A stretch of 64,000 bases of DNA, taken from positions 414,966,001-415,030,000 of the forward strand of contig OZ024740.1 in NCBI GenBank assembly GCA_964016885.1. Direction: 5' to 3'. Below, piece after piece: positions 26,965-39,000 of this stretch. Positions within the stretch are counted from its first letter, which is position 1, and each line of letters begins with the position of its first letter. Under the pieces are notes generated by a model. The model worked only from the letters and a program-made list of their open reading frames with translations. It was not told where the DNA came from and made no database searches. A program made the position numbers and the translations under genes. The stretch comes from Eledone cirrhosa (taxonomy: Eukaryota).

Positions 26965-27247
26965 ATTCCACTGCAAAGTGGTCGTGGAGGTGCCACAGCA
27001 AAAAAGCACCCATCCCACACTGTAAAGTGGACGTGTAGGCACCACGGAAAAAAAGCACCCAGCACTCACTGTAAATGAGGTTGGTGTTAGGAAGGGCATC
27101 CAGCTGTAGAAATCAAGCCAGAATCAGTTCCCGTATGAGCAAGACAAGGTCACTCGACCGGACACTGCCCACAACAGGACAACATGTCTAACCCATGCTA
27201 GCGTGGAAGAATGGATGTAAAATGGTAATGATGATGATGATGATGAT
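26965..27247 (+). mobile_element. RTE family A 3' UTR fragment
   Basis: Reverse complement of about 570-845; TTAGGAAGGGCATCCAGC and (GAT)n tail. Confidence 0.88.
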
Positions 27248-27656
27248 ATATAGCAATATCTCTCTCACAGCCTTCATTGTTAAGTTGCTAAAACTACTGT
27301 AAAAATTGTGGTATTTAGTTGTTGATGACATTTAAGCATGGGTTAGTCCTGATCTATGATAAAAAATCATATTTGTTTTTTTTTTTTGTTTTTTTTTAGG
27401 CATATATCCAATATGTTTTCAAATTGTTAGTTGTGATTTGGAAGAGATTTGTGTGATATTTCTAGCAGCTTCAGTGACCATGTAGAGGCTTCTTTGTAGG
27501 TTTGTTATGTTTGTAGTAATTGTTGTTATTGTTTAACCCTTGGTCAATATTGATTGAATAGCTGTTATAAAATATGTATCTTTCAGCAGTAACCATATTT
27601 TAAAGTTTATGTATGACTGCATTATTATCTCCTGTGTAGGAGATTGTAGGGTGCTG

Positions 27657-27872
27657 GATCGGCAGTATCGGTAGAGGGTCAGACGCCATGCTTTGCGGCA
27701 TAGAGTTATGCACCTTTATGATCTAAGTTCAAATCCCGCTGAGGTTAACTTTGCCTTTCATCCTTACGGGGGTCAATAAAATAAAGTACCAGTCACGCAC
27801 TGGGGTCGATTTAATCGACTTTCCCCTCCCCCAAAATTACTGGCCTTGTGCCTATACTAGAAATCATTATTA
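27657..27872 (+). mobile_element. tRNA-derived SINE (long variant)
   Basis: Consensus head and body plus extra GGGGTCGATTTAATCGACTTTCCCC segment. Confidence 0.85.
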
Positions 27873-28004
27873 TCTCCTGTGTACTGTCATTTTAGGTGTT
27901 ATGATATAATTTGAGGGAGATTTGGTTGTTATTTCTTGTGGACTAAGTGACCTCTATGAGGTGCCTTATTGAATCATTATATTTGCAATAACCTTTATAG
28001 GGTA

Positions 28005-28326
28005 TTACCTACTGTTGTGTTGAGTCAATAAGAGTACACTCCACTGCCACACCCTACCCCACCCTCCCTCTGCCATTCCATCCACTGTGTCGATGACACA
28101 ACAGGCCACACTGTAAGGTGGCCATGTAGGAGACACCATGAAAAGGCTTCCAGTCCACACTGTAAATGTGGTTGATGTTAGGAAGGGCATCCAGCTGTAA
28201 AAAAAACCTGCCAGAGGCGCTTCCGTGCGAGCAAAACATGGTCTCCCGACCATTCCCGCATCAAATGGAACAAAACCATCTAACCCATGTTAGCGTGGAA
28301 GATGGACGTTAAATGATGATGATGAT
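28005..28326 (+). mobile_element. RTE family A 3' UTR fragment
   Basis: CAGTCCACACTGTAA, GGAAGGGCATCCAGC, GCGTGGAAGATGGACGTTAAATGATG. Confidence 0.8.
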
Positions 28327-29336
28327 TTCCAGCTGGTATGGGTCGAATGGGTATCACTGTTCAAGTGATTACCGATTCAGAGTTACTGCTCTCCTAAATG
28401 GGCCCTTACATTTCTGGCATGTTTTCTCTAACACCAGCCCCTTTATAGAGTGTACTTAATGCCTCCTATTGTGACACCAGCACTAGAGATGTTATCACGT
28501 CCTCATTAAATCTAAAGTGGCCTTTCTATTCTATGCTGTGTCCATTCTTTTAAAAAATATACATATAATGAATTTATTATATTTTACAGTAGAATGACAT
28601 AACAAATATGTTTTAAATATATACATAAATAACATTTAATGCTGCAATATTAAAGAAAATGTAAAGGAAGGGGTGAACAACCGAGCCAACACCAGAGCAA
28701 AAGACAGCAGCATCATGAAGAGTACTGTGCAACCTCTCTAATGATTGTTTAACCAAAAGGGTGATTAGAAACAAGATTCACAACCAATGTGATAATGATG
28801 TTAACTGTTTTAGGCACAAGCATATTCTTAAGAGGCTAAGAAGTAACTAAATAATTCAATGCAAGGATTTGATCCGAGATTAGTCATAGCTGGAACCCCT
28901 TTGATTTATCAGGGTTGACCTAGTTCTAAACAACAACAATCTTTCACTAAATTTAGGATAGGTCCAAACTTGTCTGTCCACCTTCTCCTTTGGCTCCAAG
29001 TGATATTGGAAGAAGATGATGTGAATTAATTCACCACACTAATTGTTTAACAATAACGATCAAAAACCAAAATATTGCCCAACTTTCTTTGTTAAAAGCA
29101 AGGTGGAAGTTTAAGTGTTATTATTGATCTGATGTGTAATTCAATACCAATGCTACAGCTGTTTAACATACATCCACAGGTGGATGAGTTATGCACAGTT
29201 GATAAGAAAGTGTACAACTATTTCATCATGTCTCAACCTCACTCCAGACAGTATTATTGCAAATACACAGTCACATAACTATATATCATCTCTTTGTGTT
29301 TTCTTATGTGATATTCCTGCTACATTAACATGCTAT

Positions 29337-29688
29337 CCCTTTAGCATTTAAACTGGCCATATCCGGCCAGAATCCTCTCACCTCTTTCTGTTCAAACTGG
29401 CTGTAACCAGCTACTCATATTTATGTTAAGGTATTGTTCTCAAAATGACTATCAAGATCTCATAGATTTGATATTATGTGAGATAATTATGTGAAATAAA
29501 GCGTTTATGAGGAAAATACAATAGTAAATATAAAATAATGTAAATGCTAAAGGGTTGAGGTATTGTTCTCAAAATAAATAATATCAAATATCATAGATTC
29601 GATATTATGTGAGATTATTATGTAAGATAAAGTCTTTACTGCAAAATACAATAGTTTATATAGAGTTATGTAAATGCTGAAGGTTTAA
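29337..29688. mobile_element. piggyBac-like MITE with tandemly duplicated right half
   Basis: TIRs CCCTTTAGCATTTA / TAAATGCTAAAGGG; 29428-29557 is repeated at 29558-29688. Confidence 0.55.
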
Positions 29689-30550
29689 GTCCCACCACTG
29701 ATCCTCTCCAAAGTATTCCTTAAATAGTTGTTATTGTTGTTATTGTTATTGTTCTGAAGCCCCCAGGAGTACCTGACTTGCAATTAATCAACCTGTTGGA
29801 TATATGAACAAAATCACTCTAAAATTGCACCCTATTATCCTAGGAGGGGTGCATAATATAATATGATGTGCCCTGTGATCTGATGTGCACTGTGTCCCCC
29901 AATAGATAGGATGGTCACAGTTTGAATGCCTCTGATCAAGCTGATATAGAGCTAATCACCATCACCACCACCAACAACAACAACTTCTATCTTATTCTTT
30001 TAGAGTAACATAAGAGAACATAGCATGTGAGAGGTGTACAAATTAGAAGTTATGAGAATTATTTATTTGCTATTACTAGAAACCTCATCTATATTCTGAT
30101 TTATTCCGTCCTTGTTGCCAATTCTATAAACATTCAATTCTCAGAGCTGTCATATCTTTTGTGTAACATTGATGTACACACTCCTCACTAGAGAATTCAA
30201 CTGTGCAGTATATATCTCAGATTTTATTACAGTATATCATTCTTACAATAAAAAGCCATTATATGTATATGTGTAATATCTACAGACACACACACTTCCC
30301 TTAAAACCCACCCACATATATATTATGTAGTAAATATACATGTACATGTTTGGAACAAAACCGTCCTACCCATGCTAGTGTTGAAAATGGACATTAAACG
30401 ATGATGATGATGATATATATATATGTGTATATATATATCATCATTGTTTAACGTCCATTTTCAACAGTAGCATTGGTAGGACAAGCTGTCCTTTGGCTTG
30501 GTTTCCATGACTCAATGCCCTTCCTAACACCAACCACATTTACAGTGTAT

Positions 30551-30794
30551 ATACAAACATACATACATATATTAACCATAAGTAAACAGGTTAGAATAGG
30601 TACACTGTATCCTTGCATGTCATAAGAAGTGACTAAAAGGGAAGGACATCTGGCCATAAAACACTGCCTCAAAAGTTCTGTCCAATCCATGCCAGATGTC
30701 CTTCCCTTTTAGTCACTTCTTATGACATGCAAGGATACAGTGTACCTATTCTAACCTGTTTACTTATGGTTAATATATGTATGTATGTTTGTAT
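30551..30794. repeat. Near-perfect 104-bp inverted repeat with 36-nt spacer
   Basis: 30551-30654 is the reverse complement of 30691-30794. Confidence 0.95.
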
Positions 30795-30880
30795 GTATGT
30801 ATGTGTGTATATGTATATATATATGTGTGTATGTAGATATATATATAGCGTCATTATCATCATTATCACCAGAATGGTGG

Positions 30881-31270
30881 TGGATTGGCAGTATCGGTGG
30901 AGGGTCGGACGCCATGCTTTCCAGCATAGTTACGTCCCTTTACGATCTGAGTTCAAATCCCGCCGAGGTTGACTTTGCCTTTCATCCTTACGGGGTCGAT
31001 AAAATAAAGTACCAGTAATGCACTGGGTAATTGCTGGCCTTGTGCCTAAAGTAGAAACAATTATCACCATTATCAAAGGGTGGGGGATTGGCAGTATCGG
31101 TAGAGCATCAGACACTATGCTTTGCAGCATAGAATTATGGCCCTTTACGTGCTGAGTTCAAATCCCACCAAAGTTAACTTTGCCTTTCATCCTTACAGGG
31201 TTGATAAAATAAAGTACCAGTAATGCACTGGGGTAATTGCTGGCCTTGTGCCAAAAGTAGAAACAATTAT
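30881..31270 (+). mobile_element. Two tandem tRNA-derived SINEs
   Basis: Consensus copies at 30881-31062 and 31083-31270. Confidence 0.9.
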
Positions 31271-31299
31271 CTCCATCATCAACATTTTACGACTGTTTT

Positions 31300-32003
31300 T
31301 CTATGTAAAGTGGTCATGTAGGTGTCATGACAAAAAGCACCCAGTCCACACTGTAAGGTGGTCATGTAGGTGTCACGACAAAAAGCACCCAGTCCACACT
31401 GTAAGGTGGTCATGTAGGTGTCACGACAAAAAGCACCCAGTCCACACTGTAAGGTGGTCATGTAGGTGTCACGACAAAAAGCACCCAGTCCACACTGTAA
31501 GGTGGTCATGTAGGTGTCACGACAAAAAGCACCCAGTCCACACTGTAAGGTGATCATGTAGGTGTCACGACAAAAAGCACCCAGTCCACACTGTAAGGTG
31601 GCCATGTAGGTGTCACGACAAAAAGCACCCAGTCCACACTGTAAGGTGGTCATGTAGGTGTCATGACAAAAAGCACCCAGTCCACACTGTAAGGTGGTCA
31701 TGTAGGTGTCACAACAAAAAGCACCCAGTCCACACTGTAAGGTGGTCATGTAGGTGTCACGACAAAAAGCACCCAGTCCACACTGTAAGGTGGTCATGTA
31801 AGAAACACGGTAAAAAGCATCCAGCAGACACTGGAAATGTGGTTGCCGCTAGGAAGGGCATCTAGCCATAGAAAACCAACCAGAAACAGTTCTATACGAG
31901 CAAGACACGGTCACCCGACCCAACTTGGCTCAAGTGGGACAAACCCGTCTAACCCATGCTAGTGTGGAAGATGGACGTTAGACGATGATGATGATGATGA
32001 TGA
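31300..32003 (+). repeat. 48-bp tandem array (~10 units, 31304-31800) inside an RTE family A 3' UTR
   Basis: Unit CACACTGTAAGGTGGTCATGTAGGTGTCACGACAAAAAGCACCCAGTC, followed by the RTE tail and (GAT)n. Confidence 0.95.
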
Positions 32004-32182
32004 TATATGTATGTATGAACTTATGTGTGTGTGTGAGTGTGTGTGTTGACGAGGTTATATTATCATCTATAATCTTGCTTGCACACATTACACACTCAAT
32101 GAAGTATGGAATGAACTTTTATTGAACAAAACTTGAGTGATAACCAAAAATATGCTGCAATGTGATATGAGCACCTTATTCA

Positions 32183-32238
<56 letters not shown>

Positions 32239-32384
32239 CTATTTACTGAATTGCTTATCTGTGAGAATTGAAATTGAAACGTCTTGTTGATAAATAGATG
32301 TGAACAGGTAAAAAGCACTCCACGTCAGTCGTATAAATCCAATATTAGGATGCCAATCAAACGTGACAGAGTTTCTTTGTATGA

Positions 32385-32736
32385 ATTAAGGTTGAAACAG
32401 ATGTTACGATTACATAATCATATTTATTGTATAATACATATTTCAATGACACCAGTGCCAACAGTAAATGTCACCAGTGTGACATTGTCAAATTTTAACA
32501 CAATTATGTGAAGAAATTTGGGTAAGTTGATAGTTGATATGTTCACTGGACTTACACAAACATGGAAGCAGTTGCCTGTGGCATATCAATTCTCTTCATA
32601 TAATTGTGTTAACATCTGATGATGTGAAACTGGTGCCACCAGTTGTAATGACTATATAGTGGCTGTACACAGGTATCACTAAAATACATATTATGCAATA
32701 ATCATGATTATGTAACCATAACATCTGCCTTAACAT

Positions 32737-32737
<1 letters not shown>
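32385..32737. repeat. Diverged inverted repeat (foldback/MITE-like)
   Basis: About 32385-32520 pairs imperfectly with 32588-32737 (e.g. TTAACACAATTAT/ATAATTGTGTTAA, TTACATAATCAT/ATGATTATGTAA). Confidence 0.7.
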
Positions 32738-32796
<59 letters not shown>

Positions 32797-33389
32797 CATA
32801 CATATCGTATGGCTGTGAGATTCAATAATTTGAGACCTGTTCTCACAACCACTGTTCAGGTCTTCCTTGGCCTCCTACTATAGCTTTCTAACACTGAAAT
32901 GTTTTGGACTTCTTCACCCATAGGTCTGTTCTTCTCTATAGCAATTTAACATTTTAAGTCTCCACCATCACACCAGGCTTGTTTGCAGCTAATGTATGAT
33001 AGCACAAAGTTTAATATCCTATGACCTCTGTGGCAGAGAATACTTGGTTGTGATTAAAGAATGGCATTTTCTAAGGACAGCAGTATTTGTGTCACCACCT
33101 AGCAATCCCCACCCCCTCCATTACACCTACAAGCCTACAATGTCTAGCATTAATGATTGTGAAATATTCGGAGATTGTCAACCTTTACCATCACGCTGAA
33201 TTGGCTGGCCATCCCTCAAATTGAATCAGTCATCCATTTTCTATTCCCTGTTTGTGTTCGACGTAATCCTATTGTCTTATGGAACTAATTCTGCAATTAA
33301 CACCTGATGAAGTCGCCTAAGTCTTGCATGGTGATCGGATGATAAAGCTGGGCCATCAAAATATGTCCGGGCTTCTGTTGTTTTTAATA

Positions 33390-33435
<46 letters not shown>

Positions 33436-33495
33436 GGTAATTCCAAAGGAAAATCAAAGGAAAAAACAGTGCTCTTTGTATAGAACAGAGCTATT

Positions 33496-33800
33496 TAATT
33501 AGAAAGTGAACAACACAAAATATAACTACTCCATTACCAAAGGTTTCTGGATCACAGACGATAATAATATACGTCTGGATCGTTCGTCAGGCAGATATGT
33601 TATAGATAAAAGATATGAAATGAGATTTAAAATCTGTTAAAAAACATTTTAGATTTTAACAGATTTTAAATCTCATTTCATATCTTTTATCTATAACATA
33701 TCTGCCTGACGAACGATCCTGACATATATTATTATCGTCTGTGATCCAGAAACCTTTGGTAATGGAGTAGTTATATTTTGTGTTGTTCACTTTCTAATTA
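33496..33800. repeat. Palindrome (147-bp arms, 11-nt spacer) carrying a hammerhead motif in each arm
   Basis: 33496-33642 is the reverse complement of 33654-33800 with few mismatches. Confidence 0.95.
33692..33775 (+). ncRNA. Candidate type I hammerhead ribozyme (mirror copy on the minus strand in the left arm)
   Basis: CTGACGA (33706-33712), stem II GATC-C(A/T)GAC..GTCTG-T-GATC, GAAA (33749-33752), stem III ACC-TTT-GGT, GTA triplet ending 33761; stem I imperfect (TATAAC/GTTATA distal). Confidence 0.65.
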
Positions 33801-33902
33801 TATATATATTCAGTTATACTATACGGCTCGGAAAACCCTTTTTCCTAGAGCTAATTTTACTGTAATGAGACTATTTTGAGTTTCTAACTCAATACATTCT
33901 TT

Positions 33903-33966
<64 letters not shown>

Positions 33967-33972
<6 letters not shown>

Positions 33973-34129
33973 CCCGGCGTCGAAGACTCTACTTTTTTCC
34001 TAAAATAAGTCTAAAAAATCTACAATGCGTCCTGGAGGCCGAAAGTTGTTTATCTTTTTTTCAAATTTTGGTTGTCAAAATTAGAGTGCGTCCTTGAGGA
34101 CAAAGCGTCTTTGGCACTGGGAAATACGG

Positions 34130-34131
<2 letters not shown>
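33967..34131. mobile_element. pogo/Tigger-like MITE between (TA)n tracts
   Basis: Termini TATTTCCCGGCGTCGAAGAC / GTCTTTGGCACTGGGAAATACGGTA. Confidence 0.55.
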
Positions 34132-34160
<29 letters not shown>

Positions 34161-34290
34161 CTGTGTGAAATCCGTGGTACAGTTAGGTATATTTGAAAAA
34201 AAGGTAAAGAATGACTTCACTTGTAGTTGGTGTTCTAAAAAATTTAATTTTATAATTTTGCAATTTTACTACATAGCATATATATATATT

Positions 34291-34329
<39 letters not shown>

Positions 34330-34339
34330 GTGTCTATAT

Positions 34340-34920
34340 CGGGTCACTCTTGAGTGCTACTGGTAACATGTAACCCAGTACCATCTGTCGCATGGTCAGA
34401 TCGTTGGCGACTAAACCGGCAACCCCACCAAGTGTAGTTGGTGAGGAGGGTGATTTTGGACAGGACAAAAAACAAAACCTGACAAAGGGCGGAAGAACTC
34501 ATAAGAGTTAACGGCCATCCAAAAGTGTGTAAATATGTATATACACATGTACCGCGTGGTTAAACCACTGGGAGTGAAGGACCCCTAGCCTTTGTCAGGG
34601 CAGGAGAAGGCAACTCAGGAAACTTGGATAACTCCGATATAAAACTTGCGGCGCAGTAGTTACCGATGATGTTGATCTTTTCTTCTTTTCGGGTTATAGC
34701 TATTGTCGCTCAGAGCACAGTCTTTCCTCGCTTTAAAAATATCTTCACGTACAAGCATTGCACAATAGAATTAATTAATAATTATTAATAATAGTATATC
34801 ATGCAATGGCCATACTCGATAACGAGGGGGAAGTCATCATGTATGTATGTATGTATGTATGTATGTATGTATGTATGTATGTATGTATGTATGTATGTAT
34901 GTATGTATGTATGTATGTAT
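34340..34920 (+). mobile_element. Non-autonomous bipartite derivative of RTE family B (5' UTR plus 3' tail, no ORF)
   Basis: 34552-34790 matches 36100-36360; 34802-34845 matches the tail at 40347-40390; (ATGT)n tail. Confidence 0.85.
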
Positions 34921-35505
34921 GTCAGGTCACCAGTTGGTGCTACTGGTAACATGTATCCCAGTACAACCTGTCCCATGGTCGGGTCGTTGGCGACTAAACT
35001 GGCAACCCCACCAAGGTTTCTTGGTGAGGAGGGTGACTTTGGACATCCTGCAGGACTAAAAACAAAACCTGTCAAAGGAGCTCTTAAGAGCCAATTGCCA
35101 TCCAAAATCATCGGGAGAGATGACCCCTTAGCCTTTGTCAGGGCAGAATTCTAGGAGAAGGAAAACTCTGATATAACAGCTGCAACTCTGATGGTATCCA
35201 ATGATGTTGACTTGTTCTTCTTTTTGGTAAATATCATCTTGGTTAAGAGAGTGGGACTGGTTTTGTGCAGTGCCTTTGATCACTATAAAAGCTTCACGGC
35301 ACAGGCATTGCTTTCTATCTGGAGATCTCTCTGCACTTGTTGTCACATGGTACCATGGGCCCAGCACTGTGTCAATAATTGTCACAAGTGTAGTGTTTGT
35401 ACCAGAGTGCATCGGTAGGGGTTCTCCTACATGGATGTAAAGTGGTGGCCGTACTCGAAAACGAGTTGGCAGCCACCATGTATGTATGTATGTATGTATG
35501 TATGT
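34921..35505 (+). mobile_element. Second, more diverged bipartite RTE derivative in tandem
   Basis: Same head (GGTCAC..GCTACTGGTAACATG..GGCGACTAAA..GGTGAGGAGGGTGA) and tail (GGCCGTACTCGAAAACGAG..GCAGCCACCATGTATG). Confidence 0.8.
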
Positions 35506-35847
35506 TTTCTCTTTCTCTTAATTTCGAGTATATTTTTTTGACCGGCCACCTTCCTGGTGGCAAGGTTGTAAAAGAAAAGAAATTGTCATCCCTTGAATCG
35601 CAAGAATGTTTTGCATATTTTGAAGGTGCCAGCTATCGCAGCCATTTGTAGACTATGAATTAGGGAGCTGCGCTTTTTGTCCGCAAATCCAAGTTCGGTC
35701 ATACTTTGGTCCAAGCGGGTTGGTATATAACCCGTAGCACCAATAATGATGGGTATGAAGCTAAAGGTGTATCTTGGATACTGGATTTGTAAGCTCCTCA
35801 TCAATGGTCCGTAGATGTCCTCCTTCTCCTGTATTTTTCTGACCAGA
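35505..35847 (-). mobile_element. 3' fragment of a restriction-like-endonuclease (RLE) LINE, R4/Dong- or NeSL-like
   Basis: KIQEKEDIYGPL..FIPIIIGATGYIP..L..LG..LQMAAIAGTFKICKTFL resembles an RLE C-terminus; flanked on both sides by (ATGT)n. Confidence 0.75.
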
Positions 35848-36061
35848 TGTATGTATGTATGTATGTATGTATGTATGTATGTATGTATGTATGTATGTAT
35901 GTATGTATGTATGTGTGTGCGTGTAAGTGAGTAGAGTAGCGTGTGTGTGTGTTTGTTGTATGTATGAGTGTTGCTGTGTGCGCGCATATGTATGCGTGTG
36001 TGTGTATGTCGTACGTATAAGTGTCAATAAGTGATTTTTTTTTTTTTTTTTTTTTTTTTTT

Positions 36062-39000
36062 GCGCGGGGACATAGAAATAATCGGGCTGGATGCCCGATC
36101 GCGCAGTTAAACCACTGAGAGTGAAGAACCCCTAGCCCTTGTCAGGGTATTCTTCTAGGAGAAGGCATCTCAGGAAACTGGGTTAACTCCGATATAAAAC
36201 CTGCGGCTCAGTAGTTACCGATGATGTTGATCTTTTCTTCTTTTCGGGTTATAGCTACTGTCGCTCAGAGAGTGGGATTGGCTCAGTGCACAGTCTTTCC
36301 TCACTTTAAAAATATTCGTCACGCACAGGCATTGCACGAGTGCATTAATAATCATTAATAGTGTACTATTATTATTATTATTATTATTATTACTATTATT
36401 ATTACTTTTTTTTTTTTTTTTTTTTCCAATTCAATGATGTTCCAGAACAATGTAAACGAGATAATTGCCAATTTGGGTTCTAGAACAAAAAAGATCATTG
36501 GCAATAAGGGCAGGGGCCCCAAGTTATCACAACCTGGGCCCGCCCGTCATCGTGCCATTGTAATAGAGCCAAACAGGGCATTTAGTCTTGGCTGCTGGAA
36601 CGTACGGACGCTGCTTGACAGGGATTCTTTGGAGCGTCCTGAACGAAGGACTGCTCTTGTTGCAAAGGAGCTTCGACGTTACGATCTTGACATCGTGGCT
36701 TTATCTGAGACGAGGTTAGCTGGAGATGGTCATCTTACGGAGTTTTGTGGAGAATATACATTCTTCTGGAAAGGAAGAGATGAAGGAACCAGAAGAGAGG
36801 CTGGGGTAGGATTTGCTGTTAAGACTGTACTGGTGAATAAATTAGAAGAATTCCCAGTAGGGATTAGTGAGCGTCTTATGTCCATGAGAGTTCCGCTGGA
36901 CAGGGGAAGATATGCTACCCTAGTGAGTGTGTATGCTCCAACTATGAATTCTGTCGATGAAGAAAAACTGTCCTTTTACCATGCCTTGAAAGGTGTTTTA
37001 AGAAATATCCCTCAGGCAGACAAAGTCATCGTGCTTGGTGACTTTAATGCTAGAGTGGGTAGGGATTTTAACACATGGAATGTAATCGGAAGGCATAGGG
37101 TGGGAAAGTGTAACAGCAATGGTATGCTCTTGCTGCAGATGTGTGAGGAGCTGGATCTGTGTGTTACCAACACCATGTTCCAACAAAAGAACAAATTCAA
37201 GACCACATGGATGCATCCTGCATCTAAGGAATGGCATCTTTTGGACTACGTCCTAGTCAGGATGCGTGACAGACAGGATGTGCAGTGTGTTCGTGTTCTT
37301 CGTGGAGCTGAGTGCTGGACGGACCACCGCCTGGTACGCGCAAAAGTGAGTCTAATCGCCAAACGTAAAATCCGGGCTCCTGGTGTTACCCTGCCCAAAA
37401 GATTGAATGCTGCTCGTCTTAAGGATAAAAATGTGAAGAGGACATTGGAAGAAGAGATGCAGGCTGCAGATCTTGGTGAGGATTGGCCGACCCTTAAAAA
37501 GTCGGTTTATGATGTAGGCAGACGTGTTCTGGGATTGGTGCAGAGAAAACATCAGGACTGGTTTAATGAGAATGATGTACATATAGAAGACTTGTTGGCT
37601 GATAAGAGGCGTGCTCTGTCACGCTACTTGACGGCAAAACCACAGGAGAGGAATACGTTGCATGAGGAGCTCAGGGATGTAAAATCACGTGTTAGGCGGA
37701 GTCTTTCTCAGATGAAGGATCAGTGGTGGAGTGAGAAGGCTGGCGAGATACAAACTGCGTCTGATTGCAATAACACAAAGCTGTTGTACAGTCTCTTGCG
37801 TGAGGTTTATGGACCGTCTTCTCTGGTGACACCGATTCGCAGCAAGGATGGCAAAGAACTTCTTCGTGACTCACAGGGAATTCTACGAAGGTGGCGAGAG
37901 CACTTTGATGATCTTTTGAATCAGCCGTCTGTCGTCAGTGAAGATTTCCTCAATCTCATTCCGGAAAGTCCTGTGAAAGTAGCTCTCGCAGAACCTCCGA
38001 CGCTTGTGGAGGTTGCAGTGGCTATTTCGAAGCTGAACAGTGGAAGATCTCCAGGTATGGATGGCATACATGCTGAGCTCCTACAATATTGTGGTGAGAG
38101 ACTCCTGCAACATCTTCACTCTCTGTTTGGAAGGATATGGGCTAATGAATCCGTGCCTGAGGACTGGAGAGATGCAGTAATGGTGGTCTTGTACAAGGGA
38201 AAGGGTAACAGGAATGATTGTGGGAACTACAGAGGTATATCATTGCTTTCTGTCGTAGGGAAAGTTTTATGTAGGGTGCTTCTGGACCGTCTGCTGACAC
38301 ACATTGCAGATTGTGTCCTTCCTGAAAGTCAATCTGGTTTTCGTGCTGGACGCGGCACTACTGATATGATCTTCTCAGCTAGACAGCTCCAGGAGAAGTG
38401 CATTGAACAGGGCTTGGATCTGTATCAGGTTTTTGTCGATCTGACAAAGGCTTTCGATACTGTCAACAGAGATGCATTATGGAAGGTTCTCCAGAAACTT
38501 GGTTGCCCTGATAAGTTCCTTGCTTTAGTTAGGTCTTTCCATGACGACATGAAGGCTTGGGTTAATGTCGGAGGTAACATGTCGGAGCCTATCTCAGTAA
38601 AAAATGGAGTGAAACAGGGGGATATTCCAGCACCGACCCTGTTTGCCATATACTTTGCAATGGTTTTCTGTATTGCATTCAGGAATTGCGAGCATGGTGT
38701 TTACATCCGATATCGAACCTCAGGCAGCATATTTAACATCAGGCGCTTTGCTGCGAAGACAAAAGTATTTACATCAGTCATAAGAGACCTCTTGTATGCA
38801 GATGATTGCGATCTTGTAGCGCACACAGAGAGTGATATGCAGCACATTTTGAATGTATTTTCTGACGCTTGCACTGCCCTGGGTTTGACTGTCAGTCTCA
38901 AGAAAACCGTCGTCATGTACCAACCTGGCCCCAGTAAGCAGTACACTGAACCAAACATCTATGTGTATGGCAAGACTTGGAGTGGTTGATCAGTTTGTCT

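Noticed and set aside
32612-32650. CTGATGA-TGT-GAAACTGG..CCAGTT hammerhead-like string
   Set aside because: Only 3 nt for stem II and no stem I; part of a fold-back repeat.
33301-33350. CTGATGA followed by a GTCGCC/GGTGAT stem
   Set aside because: No GAAA after stem II and no stem I; at most a very decayed motif.
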